Below are positions 1 through 12,514 of a stretch of 64,000 nt of DNA, one piece after another (within the stretch, counting starts at the first letter, position 1; the number at the start of each line of letters is the position of its first letter). The notes under the pieces are model-generated. The model saw only the letters and a list, made by a program, of their open reading frames with translations, was not told the origin of the DNA and did no database searches. The stretch comes from Eledone cirrhosa (lineage: Eukaryota). Where the stretch lies: the NCBI GenBank assembly GCA_964016885.1, contig OZ024741.1, positions 332,258,001 through 332,322,000 on the forward strand, in the 5' to 3' direction. The translations under genes were made by a program, and so were the position numbers.

Positions 1-2658
1 ACCAACTACACACCACACACATTCACCACACACCATTCACCACACACCACACACCATTCACCACACACTACACACCATTCATCACACACCATTCACCACA
101 CACTACACACTACACACCACACACCATTCACCACACACCACACACCACACACTACACACCACACACCATTCACCACACACCACACACCACACACTACACA
201 CCACACACCACACACCATTCACCACACACCACACACCACACACTACACACCACACACCATTCACCACACACCACACACCACACACTACACACCACACACC
301 ATTCACCACACACTACACACCATTCATCACACACCATTCACCACACACTACACACTACACACCACACACCATTCACCACACACCACACACCACACACGAC
401 ACACCACACACCATTCACCACACACCACACACCACACACTACACACCACACACCATTCACCACACACCATTCACCACACACCACACACTACACACCACAC
501 ATCATTCACCACACACTACACACCATTCATCACACACCATTCACCACACACTACACACTACACACCACACACCATTCACCACACACCACACATGACACAC
601 TACACACCATTCACCACACACCACACACCACACACTACACACCACACACCATTCACCACACACAATTCACCACACACCACACACTACACACCACACACCA
701 CACACCACACACTACACACCACACACCATTCACCACACACCACACACCACACACTACACACCACACACCATTCACCACACATCATTCACCACACACCACA
801 TACTACACACCACACACCATTCACCACACACCACACACTACACACCACACACCATTCACCACCACACACCACACACCACACACCACACACCACACACCAC
901 ACACCATTCACCACACACCACATACCACACACTACACACCATCACCACCCACCACACACCACACACTACACACCATTTACCACACACCACACACCATCAC
1001 CACACACTACACACCACACACCACACACCATTCACCACACACCACACACCATACACTACACACCACACACCATTCACCACACACCACACACCACACACCA
1101 CACACCACACACCATTCACCACACACCACACACCACACACCACACACCATCACCACCCACCACACACCACACACTACACACCATTCACCGCACAATACAC
1201 ACGACACACCACGCACCACACACCATTCACCACACACACCACACACCATTCATCACCACACACTACACACCACACACCATTCACGACACACTACACACGA
1301 CACACGACACACCACACACACCACACACCATTCACCACACACACCACACACCACACACCACACACCACACACCATTCACCACACACACCACACACCACAC
1401 ACCACACACCACACACACCACACACCATTCACCACACACCACACACCACACACCACACACTACACACTACACACCATTCACCACACACACCACACACCAC
1501 ACACCACACACACCACACACCATTCACCACACACCACACACCACACACCACACACCACACACCATCACCACCCACCACACACCATCACCATACACTACAC
1601 ACCACACATCATTCACCACACACCACACACCATCACCACACACCACACACCACACACTACACACCACACACCATTCACCACACACCACACACCATCACTA
1701 CACACCACACACCACACACTACACACCACACACCACACACCATCACCACCCACCACACACCATCACCATACACTACACACCACACACCATCACTACACAC
1801 CACACATCATTCACCACACACCACACACCATCACCACACACCACACACCATACACTACACACCACACACCATTCACCACACACCACACACCATCACTACA
1901 CACCACACACCATCACCACACACCACACACCACACACCACACACCATCACTACACACCACACACCACACACCACACACCACACACCACACACACCACACA
2001 CCATTCACCACACACACCACACACCATTCACCACACACCACACACCACACACCACACACCACACACCATTCACCACACACACCACACACCACACACCACA
2101 CACCACACACACCACACACCATCACCACACACCACACACCACACACCATCACCACACACCACACACTACACACCACACACCACACACCATCACTACACAC
2201 CACACACTACACACCACACACCACACACCACACACCATTCACCACACACACCACACACCACACACCACACACCACACACACCACACACCATCACCACACA
2301 CCACACACCACACACCATCACCACACACCACACACCACACACTACACACCACACACCACACACCACACACTACACACCACACACCACACACTACACACCA
2401 CACACCATTCACCACACACCACACACCATCACTACACACCACACACCACACACCATCACTACACACCACACACCACACACTACACACCACACATCATTCA
2501 CCACACACCACACACCATCACCACACACCACACACCATCACTACACACCACACACCATCACCACACACCACACACCATCACTACACACCACACACCACAC
2601 ACCACACACCACACACCACGCACCACACACCACACACCATCACTACACACCACACACC
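1..2658. repeat. Complex CA-rich simple repeat (CACAC/CACTA/CCATT units)
   Basis: Continuous degenerate 5-mer-based repeat; the His/Thr/Pro and Val/Cys/Trp ORFs are by-products. Confidence 0.95.
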
Positions 2659-2934
2659 AATTATGTTAGTTTATTGTAAGCTGCAACAATGCAGGTTTTG
2701 ACTATGGAAGTTAGTTTTAACAAATTGGTCATCTAAAACCCCTAGAGATGGAAAAAACCTATAGTGTTAGTTCAACCATCTAGCATACAGCAGATAGGAG
2801 TTCAATTCCCACAACCAATACTGTCCATTTGTTTCATCTCTAGGGGTATATATGCCTAACTTGTTTGACTCATTTTCATAGTATAAACTTGAATTGAAGC
2901 AGCTTACAATAAGCTAACATACTTACACAATTTA

Positions 2935-4000
2935 ATGAAATACAGAAGTCCCGACTTCCTACAGGCATAGGCTGGAGCTGAAGCATATATATAGTATGCA
3001 CCATCCCACACCACCCACTCACACACATCTCCCATAAGGATAGGCTGAAGTATACATCCAGTGAAGCCTCCAGCACACACTGTAAAGTGGTCATGTAGGT
3101 GTCCCAACAAAAAGCACCCAGTCCACACTGTAAAGTGATCATGTAGGTGTCCTAACAAAAAGCACCCAGTCTACACTGTAAAGTGGTCATGTAGGTGTCC
3201 CAACAAAAAGCACCCAGTCCACACTGTAAAGTGATCATGTAGGTGTCCTAACAAAAAGCACCCAGTCTACACTGTAAAGTGGTCATGTAGGTGTCCCAAC
3301 AAAAAGCACCCAGTCCACACTGTAAAGTGGTCATGTAGGTGTCCCAACAAAAAGCACCCAGTCCACACTGTAAAGTGGTCATGTAGGTGTCCTAACAAAA
3401 AGCACCCAGTCCACACTGTAAAGTGGTCATGTAGGTGTCCCAACAAAAAGCACCCAGTCCACACTGTAAAGTGGTCATGTAGGTGTCCCAACAAAAAGCA
3501 CCCAGTCCACACTGTAAAGTGGTCATGTAGGTGTTCCAACAAAAAGCACCCAGTCCACACTGTAAAGTGGTCATGTAGGTGTCCCAACAAAAAGCACCCA
3601 GTCCACACTGTAAAGTGGTCATGTAGGTGTCCCAACAAAAAGCACCCAGTCCACACTGTAAAGTGGTCATGTAGGTGTCCCAACAAAAAGCACCCAGTCC
3701 ACGCTGTAAAGTGGTCATGTAGGTGTCCCAACAAAAAGCACCCAGCCACATTGTAAAGTAGTTGTGAAGGCGACACGACAAAAAGCACTCATTCCACATT
3801 GTAAAGTGATTGTGTGGGCATCACTACAAAACACACCCAGTATTCACTGAGGTTGGCATTAGGAAGGTCATGCAGCTGTAGAAACCAAGCCAAAATCAGT
3901 TCTGTAGGAGCAAGACATGGTCACTTGACCCAGCATTGCTCACAAGAGGACAATTCATCTAACTCATGCTAATGTGGAAAAATGGACAGTGATGATGCTG
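2935..4000 (+). mobile_element. Non-autonomous retroelement with expanded internal 48-bp VNTR and RTE-type tail
   Basis: 2935-3075 matches the reverse complement of 24600-24745; 3850-3890 (ggttggcattaggaagg..cagctgtagaaacc) and the tail catgctaatgtggaaaaatggac..gatgatg resemble the SINE 3' ends at 8500-8599 and 11345-11440. Confidence 0.65.
3075..3810. repeat. 48-bp minisatellite, ~15 units (ctgtaaagtggtcatgtaggtgtcccaacaaaaagcacccagtccaca)
   Basis: Near-identical tandem units read directly; gives the 16-aa periodic ORFs. Confidence 0.95.
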
Positions 4001-4024
4001 AAAATGATGTATGTGATTTATCTA

Positions 4025-4209
4025 CAAGGGTCAGCTGAAAAGGTCATCGGCTGACCAAGATACTCTCATGGAATAACCAAATAAGGTTTATTTTTCAACA
4101 TAGTCCTTGGAAAGAAACAATGCAGTTATTAATAAAAAGAGTTGAAATTAATGCATGTTCTAGCATCACTCCTTCATAGTCAGTCTATGAACTTTTCAGC
4201 CCACCCTCA
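4025..4209. mobile_element. Tc1/mariner-type MITE (copy 1)
   Basis: TA|caagggtcagctgaaaaggtcat ... atgaacttttcagcccaccctca|TA imperfect TIRs; homologous to 37371-37568. Confidence 0.8.
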
Positions 4210-4449
4210 TAAGTTACCTAATTTCTACAATAATGTAAGTAAGCGAAATTTCAAGAACTTCACAATGAAACTAATGGCAAAAAACAAACAAACACAAAAT
4301 AAAAATATATATAAATAATAGATTAATTACAACAATACAATCAGTCTAGAAAACACATAAAATTAAATTAATTAATCTATATTGTAACAATAATGTAATT
4401 TTAAAATATAATGTAATTTGGTATAATGTAATTCAGATTCAGACGGTTG

Positions 4450-4745
4450 AAGCTGCATGGGCTAATGGTTAGGTTGCTTAACATACGATCATAATGTCGT
4501 TGGTTCAATTCCTGGACAGGGTGCTGTGTTGTACTCTTGAGCAAAATACTCTATTTCATGTTCCTCCAGTATACTCTGCTGAGATGAGTGAGTACCAGTA
4601 GTAGCTGGGGAGTTAATCCTGTGATAGACTGGTGTCCTATCTAGGTTAGAGCCCTGTACTCTCAGACACTTAATGCCAAGGAAACCGGGTATAAACAGGG
4701 TAAGCACTGGCCTGATGAGCCTTCAGCTTAGAACAGACTTTAATC
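4450..4745 (+). mobile_element. tRNA-derived SINE with V-domain-like segment
   Basis: B-box-like ggttcaattcc, CORE-like cttgagcaaaatact, V-like cctgtgatagactggtgtcctatc, then gaaaccggg..cctgatgagcc tail. Confidence 0.6.
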
Positions 4746-5176
4746 CAGTGATGAACTAACGTCCTGTCCAGGGAGAGTTTTGTACTCTCATATAACTTAA
4801 TGCCAAGGAAACTGGTTTCTTATGCTTTGTTAACTCAAATGTTTATGGTATCTTTATTAGTATACAGATCATTGTGAAAATTTGCAGTATTAGAGTAGAC
4901 TTTAAGTTTTAATGTGCTGTAATCATAGTGTTGTTTTATATATTTCAAGAATGTTTTTCTAATGCAGATTCATGTGAATTTGTTCATTCAAATGATTATA
5001 ATATCTTTACTGGTGGACAGATTGTTGTGAAGATTGCAGTAATTGAGTAAAGACTTTATTATTGAATGTAATGTAATCATAGCGCTGTTTTATACATTTC
5101 AAGAATGTCTTACTTATGTGGTGTCATGTGGTACATGACATTAAGAGTTAATTATTATCATAACGATGATGTAGTA

Positions 5177-5367
5177 ATTGTTTCTTCTTTTGGCACAAAG
5201 CCAGCAATTACCCAGTGTATTACTGGTACTTTATTTTATCGACCCCGTAAGGATGAAAGGCAAAGTTAACCTTGGCGGGATTTGAACTCGGAATGGCACG
5301 GGCCGTAACTCTATGCCGTAAAGCATGGCGGCCGACCCTCTACCAATACTGCCAATCCACCGTCCCT
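5177..5367 (-). mobile_element. tRNA-derived SINE with Meta-like domain
   Basis: Minus strand: tggcagtattggtag (A box), gagttcaaatccc (B box), gcctttcatccttacggggtcgataaaataaagtaccag; about 10 copies in the window. Confidence 0.85.
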
Positions 5368-5391
5368 GATGATGGTAATAATGAAGCTGGC

Positions 5392-6241
5392 TATCATCAT
5401 CACCCTCATCATCATCATCATCACCATCACTATCATCATCAACTTTATTACCATCATCCCCATCGTCGTCAATATTTCCATTATCGTCATCATCACCATC
5501 ATCATAATCATCATCGTTGTAATTATCATTACCACCACCAACATCATCATCATCATCATCACATTCACCAACATTATCATCATCGTCACCACCACCACCA
5601 CCACCACCACCATAATTATCATTATCACCACCACATCCATCATCATCATCACCACCACAGCCACCACCATGATCATCATCACCACTACTAACACCACCAC
5701 CAGTACCATCATTACCACCATCACCACCACCCTCACCACCACCATCATCACCACCACCATCACCACCGCCATCATTACCACCACCATCATCACCACCACA
5801 TTTACCATCATCATCATCACATTCAACACCACTATCACCATCATTACCACCACCACCTCCACCACCACCACCACCACCAGCACCACCATCATCATCATCA
5901 CCATCATCACCATCACCACCATTATCATCACCATTACCACCACCATCACCACCACTGCCACCACCACCACCGCCATCATTACCACCGCCACCACCACCAC
6001 TACCACCACCATTTTCACCGCCACCATCATTACCACCACCATCACCACCACTGCCACCACCACCACCACCACCACCACCACCATCATTACCACCACCACC
6101 ATCATTACCACCACCATCACCACCACTGCCACCACCACCACCACCACCACCATCATTACCACCACCACCATCATTACCACCACCATCACCACCATCACCA
6201 CCACCATATTCACCATCATCATCATTATCATCATCATCATC
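5392..6241. repeat. (CAT/CAC)n trinucleotide-type compound repeat
   Basis: Direct reading; poly-His/Thr/Val ORFs are artefacts. Confidence 0.95.
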
Positions 6242-6305
6242 TAGATTATTCCTTCTGTATATTTTTATACGTTGTGATAATTTTGATAAATATATTCCTT
6301 CTTAG

Positions 6306-6337
6306 CAGAGAACTAAGAATTGGCGGCAGCTACGAAG
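6306..6337 (+). other. Candidate micro-exon
   Basis: ttccttcttag acceptor (NAGNAG-like) and aag|gtaaga donor around a 32-nt CpG-containing island that is open in two frames (QRTKNWRQLR / RELRIGGSYE). Confidence 0.3.
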
Positions 6338-6534
6338 GTAAGAAGTTGCCATATGAATCAATGTCTTTAAGATAAAATGGTAGAATTACTGCTGAGCTAA
6401 GTATAAGAGAAATGATGTTAATGGACTCAACACAGACCAAAACAAAATGCCATAAACAGCATGAGAATTTCTCAGCCAAAGTAACTCTTGCTAAAGACTC
6501 CTGTCACTATTTTACATTTTTTGCCACCTTCATG

Positions 6535-6991
6535 TTTTATGTATGTGCTTGTTGTTGTGTGTGTATGTTTATGTGTGCTTGTTGTTGTGTGTGTATGTGT
6601 ATGTGTGCTTCTTGTTGTGTGTGTATGTGTATGTGTACTTGTTGTTGTGTGTGTTATGTATGCTTTTGTGTGATTGTGTGTGTGTCAGTGTGCGTGTGCG
6701 TGTGTGTGTGTGCGTGTCAGTGTTTGTGTAGATGTGCTTGTTATGTGTATGTGTATGTGTATGTGTGCTTGTTGTTGTGTGTTATGTATGCTTTTGTGTG
6801 ATTGTGTGTTTGTGTGTATGTGCTTGTTGTTGTTGTTGTGTGTGTATGTGCCTGTTGTTGTGTGTCAGTATGTGCGTGTGTGTGTTTGTATATATGTGCT
6901 TGTTGTTGTTGTGTGTGTATGTGCTTGTTGTTGTGTGTATGTGTGCTTGTTGTGTGATATGTATGCTTTTGTGTGATTGTGTGTGTGTCAG

Positions 6992-7022
<31 letters not shown>

Positions 7023-8215
7023 TTGTGTATATGTGCTTGTTGCTGTGTGTGTATGTGCTTGTTGTTGTGTGTATGTGTGCTTGTTGTTGTGTGTGTGTAT
7101 GTATGATTGTGTGTGTGCATGTGTGTGTGTATGTCACTGTGTATGTTTGTGTATGTGCTTTTGTGTGATAGTGTGTGCATGTGTGTGTATATGTCAGTGT
7201 ATGTGTGTGTGTGTTTGCATCTGTGTGTATGTATGTGTGTGTGTGTGAGCTTTTGTGTATGCATGTGTGGTGTGTGTGCATTGTATGTATGTATATGTGC
7301 ATGTACTTTTGTGTCGGTCTGTGTGTGTGCGTGTATGTGTGGGGGTGTGAGCTTTTGTGTATGCATGTGTGGTGTGTTTGCATGTGTGTATGTATGTATA
7401 TGTGCATGTACTTTTGTGTCGGTCTGTGTGTGTGCGTGTATGTGTGGGGGTGTGAGCTTTTGTGTATGCATGTGTGGTGTGTTTGCATGTGTGTATGTAT
7501 GTATATGTGCATGTACTTTTGTGTCGGTCTGTGTGTGTGGTTTTGTGTGGTTGTGTGTGTGTGCGTGTGTGGTGTGTTTGCATGTGTGTATGTATGTATG
7601 TGTGTATGTACTTTTATGTGTCTGTGTGTGTATGGATGTGCATGCGCTTTAATGTGCCGGGTCTGTATGTGGTTTTGTGTGTGAGAGTGTGTGCATTTGT
7701 GTGTGGCTTTGCTTATATTTGTGTGTGAGTGTATATGTGCTTTTCAGTGTGTGTATGTGTGCAAATGCCTTTGTTTGTGTGTGGATATATGCTTTTATAA
7801 ATGTGCATATGTGTTTTTGTGCATATGTGTGCTTTTGTGTGTGGGTGTGTATGTGCTTTTGAGTTTATGTATATTTATGTATGCTCATGCAAGCATATGC
7901 ATTTGTGGATGTGTGTATTTATGTACATGAATATGTATGTAGTCAAGTGCTTTTGTGTACATGACATGTCTATTGTATATGTGTATGTCCTGTATATGAG
8001 TATATGTACTGTATATGTGTATATGTGTGTGTTGTATCTATATGCATGTTGTGTTTATTGTATTTTAAGTTGTGTGTATTTGTGTTCATGTGTGGGTAAT
8101 TAGGTGTGTTTATGTGTGTGTAATTGGGAGTGTTTATGTGTGTGTAATTGGGTGTGTTTATGTGTGTATGTATGCATAGAAGTGCTTTTGTGTATTGTAT
8201 AGGTATAAATATGTA
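6535..8215. repeat. Degenerate (TG)n/(TATG)n repeat with internal ~104-bp duplications
   Basis: Direct reading. Confidence 0.9.
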
Positions 8216-8216
8216 T

Positions 8217-8599
8217 GGCGGCACATGGCTTAGTGGTTAGAGCATTGGGCTTGCAATCGAAAGGTTGTGAGTTCAATTCTCAGACCGGGTGATGTGTTGT
8301 TTCCTTGAGCAAGACACTTTATTTCACATTGCTCCAGTTTACTCAGCTATAGAAATGAGATGATAAGGACTGGGGTCCCTATCATTCCACTGCAAAGTGG
8401 TCGTGGAGGTGCCACGGCAAAAAAGCACCCAGCCCACACTGTAAAGTGGACGTGTAGGTGCCACGGATAAAAAGCACCTAGCACTCATTGTAAATGAGGT
8501 TGGTGTTAGGAAGGGCATCCAGCTGTAGAAATCAAGCCAGAATCAGTTCCAGTCCCACCCTTGCAAGCAGGGAAAAGCGGACGTAAAATGATGATGATG
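8217..8599 (+). mobile_element. tRNA-derived CORE-type SINE with RTE-LINE-derived tail (copy 1)
   Basis: tggcttagtggttag A box, gagttcaattc B box, MIR/CORE-like ccttgagcaagacactt..cagtttactcagctatagaaatgag; tail matches the LINE end at 10920-10975. Confidence 0.85.
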
Positions 8600-8739
8600 T
8601 ACATACGGATATATATATATATATATATACATTAATATATCATGTGTATTCTGTTTACATACAGACAGACCAAATGAATCACACATCCCACAAATGCTAA
8701 TAAGCATATTTATGCATGTTTTATTCATGTGTCTATGTA

Positions 8740-8990
8740 GGTATGTATACCTATGTAGGTATATATATATGTATATATATATACATATATATATGTATAT
8801 ATATATATACATATATATATGTATATATGTATATATATGTATATATATATATACATATATATATGTATACATATATATATGTATATATATATATATACAT
8901 ATATATATACATATATACACACATATATATATATAAATATTATACATATCTCTCTATATATATATATTATACATATATATATATATATAA
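8740..8990. repeat. (TA)n-rich microsatellite
   Basis: Direct reading; representative of dozens of such tracts. Confidence 0.95.
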
Positions 8991-9324
8991 AAATTAAGAT
9001 TGGTGCTCTGAAATAGCGATGTATACATGAATGTATGTATAGTATATTTGGCAATATAACGTATGTTTAATTAAAAGTGTGAAACAGAATCTGTCAGCTT
9101 TTCTCCCTTCTTTTGCCGAAAAAAGAAGTAAGTGACATAGTGACTACTTTAAAATGATAGCACAAGGTCTTCAAAATGTTTTTAATTAAACATACGGTAT
9201 ATTACCAAATATACTATACATACATTCATATACACATATGTATATATATATATATATGTGTGTGTGTGTATATAATATATATATATATGTGTATAATATA
9301 TATATATATATGTAGATATATATG

Positions 9325-10213
9325 TACTCGACTCCTTTATCTCCTTCTTCTGCTCCTTCCACCTCTCCCTCCACTTCACCACCTCTATCGCCACCACCCA
9401 TGTCCACTTCTTAGACATCTCCGTCGCCTTCGACCCCTCCCACTGCTCCCTCGTCACCTCCGCCTTCTTCAAACCCACCGACTCCCACTCCTACCTCGAC
9501 TTCACCTTCTTCCACCCTACACACACAAAACACTCTATTCCCTACTCCCAACTCCTCTGGATCTGCCGCCTCTGCAGCCGAGATGCTGACTTTGTGTCCC
9601 AGGCCCTTTCCTTAGTCAGCCATTTCATTCCCCTCACGGTTCCCTTCCCTGCTCCAGGCCTCGTTGCCATACCTGTCCCCACATCACCAACACCACCACC
9701 TTCCAGGGTCCCAACGGCCACTCCCTCTCTGTCCGGCATGCCTTCCACTGCACCTCCTCCAACCTAGACTATGGACTTCGCTGCACTCCGTGCAGCGCAA
9801 CCTACGTCGGACAGACTGGACGTCGCCTGGCGGACCGTTTCACTGAACACCTCCGGGATATTCGTCTCGGCGGTAGTTCCCCCATCGCCCGCCACTTTGG
9901 CTCCCCTGGACATTCCGCCCACCACCTCACAGTCTGTGGCCTACTCCAATGCCATGGAACACCCACCACCGCCTCACGGTTGAACAACGCACCCTTTTCA
10001 CCCTACAGATCAACACACCCCCGGCCTGAACTCCCCACCCCTATTCCTTTAGCCTTCGAACCCCCCCCCCCCCCCCCTACACACACACACTCACACACAT
10101 CCCCCACTAACATCATTAACACACTCTTCCTTTTCACCGCCCCAACCCCTTGGCCCGCCCCAAAACTAACAATACTAACACCCCTCCCCTCCTCCAACTA
10201 ACAATACTAACAT
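9325..10213 (+). mobile_element. GC-rich segment, possible decayed 5' part (UTR/ORF1) of a non-LTR retrotransposon
   Basis: CpG-rich Pro/Ser/Thr-rich island in AT-rich context, ending in LTILTW, which resembles the start of an APE endonuclease. Confidence 0.3.
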
Positions 10214-10980
10214 GGCAATGCAGATCTTGGGTACACAAGAGATGTAGTGGGATAGCAGGCAAACTAACAGGTAGGGAAAACTACATATGTAGTAGATGTA
10301 CAGGGAAAGTTGGCAGTAGTAATCGCAGTGATAGACACATTTTTCCAATGCAGGTGGGTTCTATAGAAGTGGTTGATAGCTTCCGGTACCTAGGTGATCA
10401 GATTAACATGGGAGGGGGGTGTTCCGAGGCCATAGTATCTAGAATAAGGACGGGTTGGAAGAAGTTTAGGGAGCTGCTTCCTCTGTTGACAAAGAAGGGT
10501 TTCTCCCTGTGTACGAAAGGACGGTTATATGATGCGCGATGCTGCATGGTAGTGAGATATGGGCAGCAACTGCAGAGGATATGCGACGGCTGGAGAGAAA
10601 TTAAGCAAGCATGCTCCGTTGGATGTGCAATGCCAATGTGCGTGAACGACCAAGTATAGATGAGTTGAGAAAGAAACTGGGTATAAGAGGGATAAGTTGT
10701 GGTGTGCAGGAGGGGACGACTGAGATGGTATGGACATATGATGCGCATGGAGGTTGACCGCTGGGTAATGAAGTGCCAAAAAATCTCAGTAGAAGGAAGA
10801 CGCAGTAGAGGTAGACCACGAAAAACATGGGTGGGGGGAGGTGGTGAGAGCAGACCTCAGTTCACTGAAACTCACGGAGGACTGTGACAAGTGGAGAGAT
10901 GCTGTGCTGAATAGGACCCGTCCAACCCTTGCAAGCAGGGAAAAGTGGACGTAAAATGATGATGATGATGATGAGGATGA
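10214..10980 (+). mobile_element. 5'-truncated RTE-clade LINE (C-terminal RT/thumb and 3' tail), frameshifted
   Basis: [53 protein letters not shown] motifs; (atg)n tail. Confidence 0.92.
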
Positions 10981-10986
10981 TATATG

Positions 10987-11018
<32 letters not shown>

Positions 11019-11026
11019 TATATGTG

Positions 11027-11060
<34 letters not shown>

Positions 11061-11113
11061 TATGTGTATATATATATGTATATATATATATATGTGTATA
11101 TATATATGTATAT

Positions 11114-11454
11114 GGAGGCACATGGCTTAGTGGTTAGAGCATTGGCCTTGCAATCGAAAGGTTGTGAGTTCAATTCTCAGACCGGGTGATGTGTTGTTTC
11201 CTTGAGCAAGACACTTTATTTCACATTGCTCCAGTTTACTCAGCTGTAGAAATGAGATGATAGGACTGGGGGTCCATATCATTCCACTGCAAAGTGGTTG
11301 TGGAGGTGCCACGGCAAAAAAGCACCCAGCACTCACTGTAAATGAGGTTGGTGTTAGGAAGGGCATCCAGCTGTAGAAATCAAGCCAGAATCAGTTCCCG
11401 TCCCACCCTTGCAAGCAAGGAAAAGCGGACGTAAAATGAAATGAAATGAAATGA

Positions 11455-11455
<1 letters not shown>
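11114..11455 (+). mobile_element. tRNA-derived CORE-type SINE (copy 2)
   Basis: Nearly identical to 8217-8599 but one 48-bp unit shorter; (atgaa)n tail. Confidence 0.85.
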
Positions 11456-11489
<34 letters not shown>

Positions 11490-11559
11490 GAAAAAAAGAT
11501 GAAATCGAAAATGCAACTGGAGTCTTATTTTTAAAAAAATATATATATTTATTTGGTTC

Positions 11560-11595
11560 CTTTACCGGTTTCGCAGTTCTTCTGCTTTTCAAAAG
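11560..11595 (-). ncRNA. Mirror copy of the minimal hammerhead ribozyme
   Basis: Exact reverse complement of 11664-11699. Confidence 0.7.
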
Positions 11596-11663
11596 TAGAG
11601 TTGAGATGGAGGGTCTGTGGTTTTTCTCACGAGAAAAACCACAGACCCTCCATCTCAACTCTA

Positions 11664-11699
11664 CTTTTGAAAAGCAGAAGAACTGCGAAACCGGTAAAG
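11664..11699 (+). ncRNA. Minimal type I hammerhead ribozyme, U3-A8 core variant
   Basis: ctt TTGAAAA gcag-aagaa-ctgc GAAA ccg GTA aag: stem II 4 bp, palindromic ACCGGT stem III, GUA site, stem I ctt/aag. Confidence 0.7.
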
Positions 11700-11835
11700 G
11701 AACCAAATAAATATATATATTTTTTTAAAAATAAGACTCCAGTTGCATTTTCGATTTCATCTTTTTTCTTTATTCTTTCACTCGTGTAGGACACCTCGGT
11801 TATTTTTCATTTTGTACAAAAAACCTCATTTTCTA

Positions 11836-11888
<53 letters not shown>

Positions 11889-11890
<2 letters not shown>

Positions 11891-12362
11891 GTGTTGATAT
11901 CTCTCGACTGGAAAGTTCTGAAAATCCAGGAACACATTCTGCGGCCCATGTCAACTTTGCTGTTCATATGAGTGACCCAGCTGATGTTATTCTCAACAAT
12001 TACTCCCAGGTCTCTGATATTGTTGGATGCCATGAGGGTTTCACCCGAAGGAAGGGAACGCCACTACTGTCTTTGCTTGGGCTGGATTGTACTCCTTCAG
12101 CGACAAAATGTTGGGCTCTGTTTCTCAGGAAACACTTGATTCATTGCAGTAACTTTCCCGAGACACCGGTGTCAGATAGTTTTTTCAGTAGAATGTTGTG
12201 ATCAACCCTGTCAAAGGCCTTGCTGAAATTAAGGTAGATGACATCAGTGTTGGAGCCTTCTCCCAAAGCTCTCAAAATGTCATCAAAGTGATGCAATAGT
12301 TGCGTTAGACAATCCCTTCCATTACAAAACCCATGCTGGTTGGAGTTCAGCAGGAGTGTGTT
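11889..12362 (-). mobile_element. CR1-like LINE reverse transcriptase fragments (internally deleted)
   Basis: NQHGF..GRDCLTQLL, DVIYLNFSKAFDRVDHNILLKKL, then RDLGVIVENNISWVTH. Confidence 0.88.
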
Positions 12363-12514
12363 TTGCACGTATGTTATATTGGTATGTTGTTGGCTAATGC
12401 GACCATGTTTGTGAAAATCCAGCAACCCACCCACATAATTGTGTTAACATCTGATGACATCACACTGGTGCAGATCGCTGTTGTAACAATTGCAGAACAG
12501 CTCCGTATCGGTGT

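Larger units (their letters stand above)
11492..11836. mobile_element. Fold-back Penelope-like pseudo-LTR: 137-bp perfect inverted repeat plus a longer right tail
   Basis: 11492-11628 is the reverse complement of 11631-11767; each arm has an HHR motif; flanked by (TA)n. Confidence 0.8.

Noticed and set aside
592-2679. 695-aa His/Thr/Pro ORF
   Set aside because: Translation of a CA-rich simple repeat; the composition nearly precludes stop codons
3075-3810. CRISPR or repeat-protein interpretation of the 48-bp array
   Set aside because: No spacers; the unit is an internal part of a dispersed retroelement
4705-4740. CTGATGA as a hammerhead core (also 53102-53120)
   Set aside because: No correctly placed GAAA or stem III downstream; part of a SINE tail
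8217-8290. tRNA genes at SINE heads
   Set aside because: A and B boxes are present but no acceptor stem was seen, and they continue into SINE bodies
11380-11789. Two near-identical ORFs on opposite strands
   Set aside because: Simple consequence of the DNA palindrome
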